DNA of 64,000 nucleotides from the human T2T-CHM13v2.0 reference genome, Homo sapiens. The DNA lies in assembly GCA_009914755.4 (NCBI GenBank), contig CP086569.2, positions 13,952,001 through 14,016,000 on the forward strand, in the 5' to 3' direction. Below, piece after piece: positions 17,205 through 34,774 of the stretch. The position numbers were made by a program, and so were the translations under genes. Position 1 is the first letter of the stretch. Each line of letters starts with the position of its first letter. Under the pieces are notes generated by a model. That model worked only from the letters and a program-made list of their open reading frames with translations, searched no databases and had not been told where the DNA came from.

Positions 17205-18500
17205 AAAATTAAATGAAAAAGTTTCTGCACAGCAATAATAAATGAATAATATGCAGACAACTTTTAGCATGGGAGAAAATATTACCAAATTATGATCTGA
17301 GAGCAGACTAATATCCAGAATATACGGGGAACTCAAATAAGTCAACAATAACAAAACAAATAATCAGATTTAAAAGTGAGATAAAGACATGAAAAATATT
17401 TTTCAAAAGAAGATATACTAACTGCCCACAGACATGTGAAGAAATGCTCAATATCACTAATCAGAAATAAATGCAAATTAAGCCCATAATAAGGTATCAT
17501 CTTACATTAGTCAGGATTACTATTATTAAAAATACAAAAAATAAAGGATGATCGTGTGGAGACAAGGGAACTGATACATTGATTGTGGGAAGGTGAATTA
17601 CCATAACCTCTTTTTGGAAAATAATATGGAGATTTCTGAAAAAATAAAAATAGAATAACCATTTGATCCAGAAATGCCACTACTGTGTGGCCAAAGGAAA
17701 AGAAAACATTATATCAAAAAGATACCTGCACTCATATATTTATCACAACACTGTTAACAATAGCAAACATATGGTATCAACGTATTTGTCCATCAGTGGA
17801 TGATTAAAATATGAAGATGTGGTATATGTGCACAATGGAATACTATGCAGTGATAAAAAAAAAAAGAGAAATCAGGCTGAGTGCAGTAATCCCAGCATTT
17901 GGGGAGGCCAAGGCAGGTGGATCACCTGAGGTCAGGAGTTTGTGACCAGCCTAACATTTTGAAACTCCGTCTCTACTAAATACAAAAAAATTAGCTGACT
18001 GTGGTGGCACGTGCCTGTAATCCGAGCTACTTGGGAGGCTGAGACAGGAGAATTGCTTGTACCCAGGAGGCAGAGGTTTTAGTAAGCCAACATTATGCCA
18101 TTGCACTACAGCCCAGACAACAATAGTGAAATTCCATCTCAAAAAAAAAAAAACACACCCAAAAAACAAACAAATGAAATCATGTCTTTTCCAGCAAGCA
18201 ACATGAATGAATCTGGAGATCATTTTCTGAAGTGAAACAAATATCTCTGGTATATGTGAGAGCTAACTAACATATACACATGAGTATAGAGAATAAAAAG
18301 ATAGACAACAAAGACTCAGAAAAGTAAGGGGATGAAGAGAGAGCATGATGAAAAATTACCTAATAAGTACAATGTATATATTTAGATTATGAATACCATA
18401 GAAGCTCTGACTATCCATACAATCCATGTGTGTAATAAAATTGCATATCTAAGTCATGCAATTATAACTTGTATAAATTTATACAAAATTAAAAGATAAT
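17205..18500 (+). mobile_element. Old L1 (L1M/L1PB-like) ORF2 C-terminus plus 3' end, with an Alu inserted at 17877-18160
   Basis: '[10 protein letters not shown]'-like start, then '[29 protein letters not shown]..' equivalents in frame, and 'WIIKMWYMCTMEYYAVIKK' before the Alu. The 3' tail resumes after 18180. Confidence 0.7.
17877..18160 (+). mobile_element. Alu SINE (older, diverged)
   Basis: 'ggctgagtgcagtaatcccagcatttggggaggccaaggcaggtggatcacctgaggtcaggagtttgtgaccagcc...' with an A-rich tail. Confidence 0.85.
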
Positions 18501-18544
18501 AAGTGTAAACATGCTTTCTTTTTTAAAACAAAAATTTCAGTTTC

Positions 18545-20390
18545 TCACTCTTAATAATGAATAAAATATCAAGGCAGGAAATCAGTAAGGAAGGAGCAGA
18601 CTTGAATATTATGGAGCTGGCAGATATAGAACACTCCATCAAACAGCAGAGTTGAACATTAATAAACCTGGCAAATACAGAACGTTCCATCAAACAGCAG
18701 AGAACGCATAGACTTCTCTAGTTTGTACAAAACATTCTCAAGAACAGAGCATATTAGCGCACTAAACATGTCTTCACAATTTTAAGAAGACGGAGATCAT
18801 ATCAAGTCTCCTTTCAAATAACAATATTATGAAACTCTAACTCAGTATGAGATAACATAAGCTTAAACAAAAAAAGAATAAAAAATATTTAAAAGTAATA
18901 AAAAATGTAAAAAAAAATTGACACAAACAAAAATGGAAATACAACCTACCAAAACTGTGGGATTCAGCAAAGGCAGTTTCAGGAGGGAAATCTGAAATAA
19001 GAACTATCTAAATATTTTGAAAAATAACCTCCAAAAAAAAAGAAAAAACAACAGCCAACTTTCACTCAACTAACTAGAAAAAGAAGACCAAAGTTAGCAT
19101 AAGGAAAGAGCAGAAAAAATTAAATAGGGAATAAGATTAATAGAAAAATTTGATAAAATACAGAATTAGTTTTTGAAAAGATAAACAAAATTGAGAACCT
19201 GTGGCTGAATTATGAATAAAGAGGGAAGACTCAGATAAAATCAGAAGTGAGAAAGGAGACATCACAACTGATACCACATAAATACAGAGGATTACAAAAG
19301 ACTGCTATGAACAGTTACATACCAAGAAATTGGATAAACTTGAAGAGACAGATAAGTTCCCAGAAATATACAGCCTAGGAAAACTAAATCACGAAGAAAC
19401 AGAAAATCTGTATAGAACAATAATTAGTAAAGAGGTCAGATCAGGACTCAAAAACTTTCCAATAGAAAAGAGGACTTAGTGGCTTTGGTGGTAAATTTTA
19501 GTAAAGATATAAATAATAATTAATGCAAATCCTCAAACTCTAGTTTTTCTCAATTCGTTTAAGTAGGCCTGCATTACCTGATACAAAAAGCAGGCAAGGA
19601 CATCACAAGAAAAGAACATTGTAGGCCAATAACCCTGACAAACAGATGCAAAAACCTTTGACAACATTCTAGCAAAGTAAATTCAAAAGCAGAGTAAAAG
19701 GACTATACATAATAATGCTGTATAATTTAACCCTGAGATACAAGGATAGTTTTAATATGTGTAAATCAATAAATGTGATATACCATAGCAACAGAATGAA
19801 GGACAAAAACTGTGTAATCATCTCAACAGATATAGAAAAGCATTTGGTAAAATTCAACATCCTTTCATGCTAAAAACTCTGACTGAATTATGTATAGAAG
19901 AAATGTACCTCAATGTAATGAAGTAAAAAGGCCATAGATAAATTATATTCATGGTGAAAACATGAAAGCTTTTTCTTATAGATCAGAAAAAAACAAAGAC
20001 ATTTCTCTCACCAGTTCCATTCATCATAGTTTTAGAAGATATATTCAGAGCAATTAGGCAAGAAAAAAAAAGAACATTCAAATTAGAAAAGAAGTAAAAT
20101 TACAGATGACATAATTATTTACATAGAAAACCCTAAAGACTTTGCCCAAAAATTGTTAGAACTAAAAAGTAAATTCAATAAAGTTAGAGGTTACAACATG
20201 AACAATAAAAATTAATTGTGTTTCTGTATATTATCAGCAAATTATCTAGAAGAGAAATTAAGAAAACAATCCCATTTAGAGGAACATGAAAAAGAATAAA
20301 CTACTTAGAAATAAATTTATCAAAGAAAGTGAGAGATTTGTACAATGAAAACTAAAAATATTGATGAGTAAATTTTATAACAAATTTTAG
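18545..20390 (+). mobile_element. Old L1 ORF2 fragment A (EN-linker through RT/thumb)
   Basis: Frames give 'NGNTTYQNCGIQQRQF..' (for [23 protein letters not shown]), 'YRPITLTNRCKNL..' and 'MIISTDIEKAFGKIQHPFMLKTL'. Small 45 bp internal tandem duplication at 18628-18713. Confidence 0.7.
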
Positions 20391-20654
20391 GCCAGGTGCA
20401 ATGACTGATGCCTGTATTCCCAACGCTTTGGGAGGCTGATGTGGCCAGATCACCTGAGGTCAAGAGTTCAAGACCAGCCTGGCCAATGTGGTGAAACTAT
20501 GGCAGCACAGGTCTGTAATCCCAGCTACTCAGCAGGCTGAGGCAGGAGAATGGTGTGAACCCAGGAGGCAGAGTTTGCAGTGAGCCGAGATTGCGCCACT
20601 GCACTCCAACCTGGGCTACAGGGCAAGACTCCGTCTCAAAAAAAAAAAAAAAAC
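20391..20654 (+). mobile_element. Alu SINE with internal deletion of the A-rich linker and start of the right monomer; sits exactly at the junction of L1 fragments A and B
   Basis: 'ggccaggtgcaatgactgatgcctgtattcccaacgctttgggaggc...cctggccaatgtggtgaaact|atggcagcacaggtctgtaatcccagctactcagcagg...ccgtctcaaaaaaaaaaaaaa'. Confidence 0.85.
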
Positions 20655-23085
20655 ATTCCAGTGAAAAATTCCAGGACCAGACAAATTCACACCTGAATTC
20701 TATCAGACACTCAAAGAAGTGGTACCAATCTTATTGACACTATTCTGCAAAACACAGAAAAAGGGAATCTTCTCTAAATCATTCTATGAAGCCAGTATCA
20801 CCCTAAAACCAAAACCAGGGAAGGACTTAAACAGTTCCTGATGAACATAGACGCAAAAATCCTCAACAAAACTCAAGCAAACCAAATCCAACAACATATC
20901 AAAAAGATAACCCACCAGGATCAAATGGGTTTCATACAAGGGATGCAGGGATGGTTTAACATACATAAGTCAATAAATGTGATGCACCACATAAACAGAT
21001 TTAAAAGCAAAAATCACATGATTGTCTCAATAGATGCAGAAAAAGCATTTGACAAAATCCAGCATCGCTTAATGGTTAAAATTCTCCACAAAGTCAGCAT
21101 AGAAGGGACATATTTAAGGTAATAAAAGTTAACTACGAGAAACCCACAGCCATCATTATACTGAACAGGGAAAAGTTGAAATCATTCCCCCGGAGAACTG
21201 AAACCAGACAAAGATGGCCACTCTCACCACTTCTATTTAACACGTACTAGATGTTCTAAACAGTGCAATCAGAAAAGAGAAAGAAGTAAAGGGCATCCAA
21301 ATTGGTAAACAGGAAGTCAAACTCTTGCTGTTTTCCTGATGATATGATCATATACCTAGAAAACCCTGAAGACACATCGAAAAAGCTCCTAGAACTGGTA
21401 ATGAATTCACAAAAGTTTCACATTACAAAATTAATGTAAATAAATCAGTAGCTCTGCTATACACCAAGAGCAAGCAAGCCAAGAATCAAATCAAGACCTC
21501 AATCCCTTTTACTACAGCAGCAAAAAATAAAATAAAATACTTAAGAATATACCTAACCCAGGACATGAAACACCTCAGCAAGGAAAACTGCAAAACACTG
21601 CTTAAAAAAAAATTCATAGATGACACAAACAAGTGGGAACATATCTGATGTTTATGGATGAGTAGGGTCAATATTGTGAAAATTACCATACTGCCAAAGC
21701 AATCTACAAATCCAATGTAATTCCCATCAAAACATCACCATCATTCTCATGGAACTAGAAAAAATTCTAAAATTAATATGGAACCAAAAAAATAGCCTAC
21801 ATAGCTAAAGCAAAACTAAACAATAACAAATCTGAAGCATCACATTACTTTACTTCAACCAATACTGTAAGGCCATACTCACCAAAACAGCACGGTACTG
21901 GTATAAAAATAGGCACATAGACCAACAGAACAGGTTAGAGAACCCAGCAATAAAGCCAAATACTTATAGCCAACTGATATTTGACAAAGCCAAGAAAAAC
22001 ATAGAGTGGGGAAAGGACACCCTATTGAAAAAAGCTTGCGGGAATAGTTGGTAAGCCACATGTAGAAGAATGAAACTGGATTCTTATCTCTACCTTATAC
22101 AAAAATCAACTTGTGATGAATCAAAGACTTAAATCTAAGTCCTAAAACCATAAAGACTCTGGAAGACAACATCGAACAACCTTCTAGACATTGGCTTAGG
22201 CAAAGACTTTATGACCAAGAACACAAAAGCAAATGAAATAACAACAAAAATGTAAATACATAGGGCTTAATTAAACTAAAAACATTCTGCACCACAAAAA
22301 GAATAATCAGCAGACAACCCACAGAATAGGAGAAAATTTTCATAACCTATGTATTCAACAATGGACTAATATATATAATCTACAAAGAACTCAAAGAAAT
22401 CCCATGAAAAAGTGGGCTAAGACATGAACAGATAATTCTCAAAAGAAGATATACAGGTGGCCAAGAAGTATATGGGGAAATGCTCAAGCATTTTATCAAT
22501 TTATATTGTCCCTGATATCAATTTATCAGGGAAATGCAAATCAAAACCACCATTCGATACCACCTCACTTCTGTAAGAATGGCCATAATCAAAAAATCAA
22601 AAAATAATAGATGTTAGTGTGGATGCGGTGAAAAGGAACACATTTACACTGTTGGTGGGAATGTAAACTAGCACAGCCACTACAGAAAACAGTGTGGAGA
22701 TTCCTTAAAGAAGTAAAAGTAGATCTATTGTTTGATTCAGCAATCCCACTGCTAGCTGTCTACTCAGAGGAAAGGGTGTTATTACATAAAAAAGATACTT
22801 GCACATGCATGTTTATAGCAGCAAAATTTGCAATGTAAAAATATGGAACCAGCCCAAGTGCCTGTCAATCAATGAGCAGATAAGTAAAATGCAGTATATA
22901 CACAGCATGGAATATGACTCAGCCATAAAAAGAAATGAAATAATGGTATTTGCAGCAACCTGGATAAAATTGGAGACTATTATTCTAAGTGAAGTAACTC
23001 AGGAATAGGAAACCAAGCATTTATGTTCTCACTTATATGTGGGAACTAAGTGATAAGGACACAAAGGCATAAGAATGAGACATTG
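20655..23085 (+). mobile_element. Old L1 ORF2 fragment B (from the '[10 protein letters not shown]' region through the C-terminus and start of the 3'UTR); overlaps fragment A in ORF2 coverage
   Basis: '[22 protein letters not shown]' (for PGPDGFT.EFYQTFKEELIPIL). ORF 20841-21122 '[75 protein letters not shown]' is a second RT copy. C-terminal '[11 protein letters not shown]' at ~22660. The 3'UTR continues after the Alu to ~23530. Confidence 0.75.
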
Positions 23086-23393
23086 GGCTAGCTGTCATAG
23101 TTCATGCCTGTAATCCCAGCAATTAGGGAGGATGAGGCAGGTGGATCATCTGAGGCCAAGAGTTCGAGGCCAGCTTGGCCATCATGGTGAAACTCTATCT
23201 CTACTAAAAAAATAAAAAAATAGCCAAGTGTGGTGGCAAGTGCCTATAATCCCAGCTGCTCAGGAGGCTGAGCCAAGAGTATCACTTGAGCCCAGGAGGT
23301 GGAGGTTGCAGTGAGCTGATATCGAGCCACTGCACTCCAGCCTGGGCAACAGAGTGAGACTCCATCTCAAAAAAAAAAAAAAAAAAAAAAAAA
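23086..23393 (+). mobile_element. Alu SINE (AluJ/S-like) with a long poly(A)
   Basis: 'gggctagctgtcatagttcatgcctgtaatcccagcaattagggagg...agtgagactccatctc' then A25. Confidence 0.88.
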
Positions 23394-23849
23394 GGATCTT
23401 GTCATTGGCTTAAGGACCATCCTACTCCACAATGACATTATTCTGAGATCCTTGTCTTAATTGTATCTGTAAAGATCTTTATTCTAAATATAGTTACATT
23501 CTGTAATTTGAGCATTAAAATAAAAGCACAATGGGGTTCCCTTAAAGCACTAACCTGCTCTTTAACAAAAAATTATAAAGGGTTAAAAAGATCCTATAAA
23601 AATCTTACCTTATGCTCAAACATTAAAATTGGGTAAATGTGTCTACAAGATTTTATTAATAATTGAGTTTAACATTAATAGCACACTAATATAAAGGTAA
23701 AATTTGGCTTATTTGGTGTAAGGTCATACAGGAAGCATTGTCAAATATAAAATGGTGTTTGGCTTTCTTTGAGCTACATTTATATAAATACATTATTGAT
23801 ATGTGTCCCAAAGTTATGGGAGACTCCTGTAATTCTGATATATCTTAAT

Positions 23850-24560
23850 GTTTGTTATCAGTAATAATTATAATGTATGTTAAAATTATTGTGTGCCACA
23901 GAGGTATCAGATTTCTTTGTCAGTTGTGACTTCAACTATGGCTGCCCTAAAATTTTTGTTTTAATTTAATTAATTAATTTATTTCTAAATGAATCCATGA
24001 TACAGCACAGGATGATTTTATAGAATCTAGAATATTTTACCAAAAATTCTTAAAAGTGGTCTGGGCCAGGCGCGGTGGCTCAGGCCTGTAATCCCAGCAC
24101 TTTGGGAGGCCAAGGTGGGTGGATCGCAAGTTCAGGAGATCTAGACCATCTTGGCTAACACAGTGAAACCCCGTCTCTACTAAAAATACAAAAAATTAGC
24201 CGGGCACAGTGGCGTGCACCTGTAGTCCCACCTACTCAGGAGGCTGAGGCAGGAGAATGGCATGAACCCAGGAGGTGGAGCTTGCAGTGAGCCGAGATAG
24301 TGCCACTGCAGTCCGGCCTGGGTGAAAGAGCGAGACTCCGTCTCAAAAAAAAAAAAAAAGTGGTCTCTATTGTTGTGAATATAATAAGTGAGCATGTATT
24401 TTATATTCTAGTACCTTTTATGAATATAAATAAAATTAGCTACTACTACTAATAATAATTGTTATTATTATTGCTATGTTAAAATTATTATATAACACAA
24501 AGGTAACAGATATCCTTGTCAATGTAACTTTATGGCTACCCTAAAATTTTTTGTCACCCA
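23850..24560. repeat. Pair of ~100 bp direct repeats (23850-23960 and 24455-24560) flanking an Alu and its short TSD
   Basis: 'aataatt.t.att...gttaaaattatt.t.t..caca.aggta.cagat.tc.ttgtca.tgt.actt...tggct.ccctaaaattttt' is present twice at ~80% identity. Confidence 0.65.
24063..24359 (+). mobile_element. AluY/Sx-like SINE, TSD aaagtggtct
   Basis: 'gggccaggcgcggtggctcaggcctgtaatccc...gagcgagactccgtctc' then A15. Flanks 'aaaagtggtct' at 24052-24062 and 'aaagtggtctct' at 24359-24370. Confidence 0.9.
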
Positions 24561-24934
24561 CAAACAATTGTTGTCTTGTTTTTTGTCCTCTAGAGACTGA
24601 AGTAATCTTTTTGACTTTTTGAGTATTTTTAAGTTATGGCAATATAGTAACTGATCTGTGGTAAGTAAAGAATGTCATTTCTGACAGGCCAGGAACCCCA
24701 AGTTATCTTGAAACCTGAAGAGGAAAGCACACCCAGCTCATAGGTATTTAATGGTATAATTCCATGGCTGGACTCAGCTTTAAAAAGTCTTATTTCAGAT
24801 TTCTTTCGTGGAACAAAGTTCCATCATTGCCAATTTAAAAGGCCTATGTAACAAATAATTTGTCTTGCTTTACACTGCATGCAAATAATTAAACCAAGTG
24901 TAATAAAGCAAACCAGTCCCACCATGATTTGTCT

Positions 24935-25880
24935 TTTAATAATGGTTACTAAGAGAAAATAACACATGGGCTTTTCCAAACATGTACCTCTGCCTCTCAT
25001 TAGGCAAGGAATGTTGTTTCTATCTCAACCAATCAGGCCTAATAAGAAACACTGCTAAATAACTTAAAGAAAGGGCCAGAAAGCTAAGGAAATACCAAAA
25101 TGACCAAATAGATTCTTGGTTTGGGAATGAAATCATAGCATCGGTCATCCCATTTCCGGGCCCTCTCCTGATGATATGCCTATGACTAATGTTCTTACCC
25201 TGCCTAATTAACCTTTTACAAAGATTTTTGATGAAGAGGATCATGTCCATTTCACAGACAACTACCCAAAACATCTACAGATGATGTTACTCCTACAGTC
25301 AACTGAGACCAGAAAACTCTCCGTGCCCTGTCAGCAGGAAGTAGCCAGAAAGAACATGTGGCTCCTCGTCCTTTTTATAACTATAAGGTTTAGATTGACA
25401 GAGCAGGAGCATAGCCATCTTGGACAAGCACCAACATTTTAAAGCTCCCCTTGATCAAAAACTGCCTAAATCCAACCCACAGGGCCTCAGCCTAATGGTT
25501 AACATAAGCATGACCATAAACCAATAATGGTATCTCTGACCAAAAACATTCCAACCCTAAGAAAACCACCCCCCAGCCAGAGACAGTCTGGCCCCAAGAT
25601 AACATTTCCTCTGGCCACAGAGATGTCAGCCCCTAGATAACCTCTACTCTGACCAGAGACATTCCAAGCCCTCAATAAAGTTCTCCTCCACACAGAAACA
25701 TTCCAAGCCTCTGATAAACTCTCTCACCCTAAAACCCTAAAATACTCTTAGCCTGTAAGAGGGAGTGCTCCTGATTGAAATTGGCCAGACGCCCCCCTCA
25801 GGTTTATTCTCCAAAATAAACCTGTCTTTGACTGTTGAGCCACTTTTAATGTTTCTTTCCTCTTTCTTTAATTCTTAAAA
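24935..25880 (+). mobile_element. Unclassified ~0.95 kb interspersed repeat, copy A (LTR-like 3' part with aataaa signal); same family as 44318-44815 (+) and 55265-56190 (-)
   Basis: Alignable by eye to the other two copies from 'aataatggttactaa.agaaaataacaca...' through '...ggccag..gc...ctcaggttt.a..aaa.aaacctgtcttt.actg...ctttcctctttct.ta..tcttaca'. It contains imperfect ~40 bp internal periodicity ('agataac.tcc.ctc.g.cagagacat.ccaa.cc'). Confidence 0.6.
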
Positions 25881-25886
25881 TTACAG

Positions 25887-26186
25887 GCCATGTGCAGTGG
25901 CTCACACTTGTAATCCCAGCACTTTGGGAGGCCAAGGTGAGTGGATCACTAGGTCAGGAATTCGAGACCATCCTGGCTAACACAGTGAAACCTCGTCTCT
26001 ACTAAAAATACAAAAAAATTAGCCGGGCATGGTGGCAGATGCCTCCATGTAGTAGTCGCAGCTACTCAGGAGGCTGAGGAAGGAGAATGGTGTGAACCTG
26101 GGAGGCAGAGCTTGCAGTGAGCCAAAATTGCACCACTGCACTCCAGCCTGGGTGACAGAGCAAGACTCTGTCTCAAAAAAAAAAAA
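25887..26186 (+). mobile_element. Alu SINE inserted at the 3' edge of repeat copy A; TSD ~ aaaattaca
   Basis: 'ggccatgtgcagtggctcacacttgtaatccc...gagcaagactctgtctc' then A11. Flanks 'taaaattacag' and 'aaattacaat'. Confidence 0.88.
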
Positions 26187-26699
26187 TTACAATATTTTTA
26201 TCTGTAAGTTATGAAAAATAAGCTTTTTACATTTTTGAATAACACATTTCCATAGTCAAAAATTCAAAAACAAAAATAACATGTAATAAAAATTTTATGC
26301 CCACACTTCCCCAATGTCTGCCATGTTGCTGTATATGTTTTACATTTTCTTTTTGCAAAACCAGGAATATAGTAATATATATGTCATTTCTCCGTCCCCA
26401 TTTTTACATAATATTGTATTCAACATTCTTGTCCTTAATTTTCCCTGTAACAATATATCTTGGATATCTCTTCATATCAATACATAGGCAACATTTTGAT
26501 CTTTACTTATTGAATGCATTCTGTAATTTCCAAATATTTACAGATAAATGTATCAATTGATTTATTCTTCAATTGTGCTATAGTCAGAAATTATAATTAA
26601 TATTTCTAAGTCTGTTGAGATTCACTCTGTATTAAAAATTACTTTGTAAAGTAGTATGTGATCAGTATCTGTAAATGTTTAATATGCACATAAAAACAT

Positions 26700-27550
<851 letters not shown>

Positions 27551-27889
27551 ATATATCTTTATCTCAATATTTCAGCCTTCTTGTTTTAAATGTTACTCTT
27601 AGGAATAAAATATAACTCAACTTGATTTTAACCAACCAGAGAGTCTCTCTTTTAACCTATGAGCTTAGCCACTTACATTAATTACAATTCCTGGTATGCT
27701 TTAGAATTATTTCCAGCAGGTTGCTATGGCTGTTCAAATATTTTGTCAAGTTGTTTTATTATTATTTTTTGCCCTGCCTTTTAATTTATTGAACCAATCT
27801 TCTTTCTTTCTTTTTCCCTTGCTAGTGATTTGGAAGTTGTAAATTCTATTTCTAACAGTTAAATGGATATCCTTAAAAGTTTAGTAGCA

Positions 27890-28800
27890 ACACAGGAGGT
27901 CCATTCCAAGATGGCCAAATAGGAACAGCTCAAGTCAGCAGCTCCTAGTGTGATTGATGCAGAAAATGGGTGATTTCTGCATTTCCAACTCGGGTACCTG
28001 GTTCATCTCACTGATACTAGTCAGAAAATGGGTGCAGCCCATGGAGGGTGAGATGAAGCAGGGTGGGGGCATCACCTCACCCAGGAAGTGCAAAGGATCA
28101 TGGGATTTCCCTTTCCTAGCCAAGGGAAGCCATGACAGACTGTACCAGGAAAATCAGGACACTGCCACCCAAACACTGTGCTTTCCCAATGGTCTTAGCA
28201 AATGGCACACCAGGAGATTATATCCTGTACCTGGCTTAGTGAGTCCCATACCCACGAAGCCTTGCTCACTGCTAGCACTGCAGTCCGAGATCAAACTGCC
28301 ATGTGGCCGCCTGGCTTGGGGAGGGGCGTCCACCATTGCTAAGGCTTGAGTAGGTAAACAAAGTGGCTGGGAAGCTCAAAGTGGGGGGAGCCCACAGCAG
28401 CTCACTGAGGCCTGACTGCCTGTATAGACTCCACCTCTCGGGGCAGGGCATAGCTGAACAAAAAGTAGCAGAAACTTCTGCGACTTAAACATCTCTGACA
28501 GCTCTGAAGAGAGCAGTGGTTCTCCTAGCATGGTATTTGAGCTCTGAGAACAGACAGGTTGCCTCCTCAAGTGGGTCACTGACCCCCATGTAGCCTAATT
28601 GGGAGAAAAAAGAGTAAAAAGAACAAAGCCTCCAAGAAATATGGGACTATGTGAAAAGCCCAAATCTATGCTTGACTGGTATACCTGAAAGTGATGGGGA
28701 GAATGGAACCTCCCAGTAGGGGCTGACAGACACCTCATAGAGCTGGGTGCCCCTCTAAGACAAAGCTTCCAGAGGAAGAATCAGGCAGCAATATTTGCTG
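27890..28800 (+). promoter_or_regulatory. L1 5'UTR internal (sense) promoter region, with the known L1 antisense-promoter region on the opposite strand; inferred from family knowledge only
   Basis: Position within a full-length L1 5'UTR. Activity is not demonstrable from sequence. The UTR is diverged and contains an ectopic ORF1 segment at 28607-28712. Confidence 0.3.
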
Positions 28801-29030
28801 TTCTGTAATATTTGCGTTCTGCACCTCTGCTGGTGATACCCAGGCAAACAGGCTCTGGAGTGGACCTCCAGCAAACTCCAACAGACCTGCAGCTGAGGGA
28901 CCTGACTGTTAGAAGGAAAACTAACAAACAGAAAGGAATAGCATCAACATCAATAAAAAGGACATCCACACCAAAACCCCATCTGTAGGTCACTGTCATC
29001 AAAGACCAAAGGTAGATAAAACCACAAAGA

Positions 29031-30020
29031 TGGGGAGAAACCAGAGTAGAAAAGCTGAAAATTCTAAAAACCAGAGCACCTCTTCTCCTCCAAAGGATCG
29101 CAGCTCCTTGCCAGCAATGGAACAAAGCTGAATGGAGAATAACTTTGACAAGTTGACAGAAGTAGGCTTCAGAAAGTCAGTAATAACAAACTTCTCTGAG
29201 CTAAAGGAGGATGTTTGAACCCATAGCAAAGAAGCCAAAGATGTTGAGAAAAGATTAGACTAATAGGTAACTAGAATAAACAGCATAGAGAAGACCTTAA
29301 ATGACCTGAGTGAGCTGAAACCATGGCACGAGAACTACATGACCCATGCAGAAGCTTCAGTAGCTGGTTTGATCAAGTGGAAGAAAGGGTATCAGTGATT
29401 GAAGATCAAATGAATGAAATGAAGCAAGAAGAGAAGTTTAGAGAAAAAAGAGTAAAAAGAACAAAGCCTCCAAGAAATATGGGACTATTTGAAAAGCCCA
29501 AATCTATGCTTGACTGGTATACCTGAAAGTGATGGGGAGAATGGAACCAAGCTGGAAAACACTATTCAGTATATTATCCAGGAAAATTTCCCCAACCTAG
29601 CAAGACAGGCCAACATTCAAATTCAGGAAATAACAGAGAACATCACAAAGATATCCCTTGAGAAGGGCAAGCCCAAAACACATAATTGTCAGATTCACCA
29701 AGGTTGAAATGAAGGAAAAAATGTTAAGGGCAGCCAGAGAGAAAGGTCTGGTTACCCACAAAGGGAAGGCCTTCAGAATAACAGTGGATCTCTCAGCAGA
29801 AACTCTACAAGCCAGAAGAGAGTGCAGGCTAATATTCAACATTCTTAAAGAAAAGAATTTTCAACCCAGAATACCATATCCAGCCAAACTAAGCTTCATA
29901 CATGAAGGAGAAATAAAATTGTTTACAGACAAGCATATGCTGACAGATTTTGTCACCACCAGGCCTGCCTTACAAGAGCTCCTGAAGGAAGCACTAAACA
30001 TGGAAAGAAACAACTGGTAA
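29031..30020 (+). pseudogene. L1 ORF1 (ORF1p) remnant, in-frame stops
   Basis: 'MGRNQSRKAENSKNQSTSSPPKDRSSLPAMEQS*' then coiled-coil and C-terminal-domain text as above. At least two stop codons. Confidence 0.8.
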
Positions 30021-30110
30021 CTGCCAATGCAAAAACATGCCAAATTGTAAAGACCATCAATGCTAGGAAGAAACTTTATCAACTAATGGGCAAAATAACC
30101 AGCTAACATC

Positions 30111-33953
<3,843 letters not shown>

Positions 33954-34405
33954 GTAGGAATTGAACAATGAGAACATTTGGACACAGGGTGGGGAACATC
34001 ACACACTGGGGCTTGTTGTGGGGTAGGGCGATGGGGGAGGGATAGCATTAGGAGAAATACCTAATGTAAATGATGAGTTAATGGGTGCAGCAAACCAACA
34101 TGGCACATGTATATATATGCAGCAAACCTGCACATTGTGCACATGTACCCTAGAATGTAAAGTATAATAATAATAATAAAAAGTTTAGTAACAACACAAA
34201 ACTTAGCAAAGTGTAAAACAAATAAATATCTCTACATTATAACCAAATTATGAGAGACTTAGGATGTTCTAACTTCAGTACCTTCTCTTACTTTTTATGT
34301 TGCTGTTACTTAATATTTTGTACACTTTACTTAATATGTTTCAACTTCATTATAACTATCAGTATACTTTTCTTTGTGAAACAAGTTTTTTATTGGTTTT
34401 AGTAA

Positions 34406-34701
<296 letters not shown>

Positions 34702-34774
34702 CGATTTTGGTAATTGTTTATTATTGTAAATTATATATAACATAAATTTTTACCATTTTAACCATTTTTAAGTG

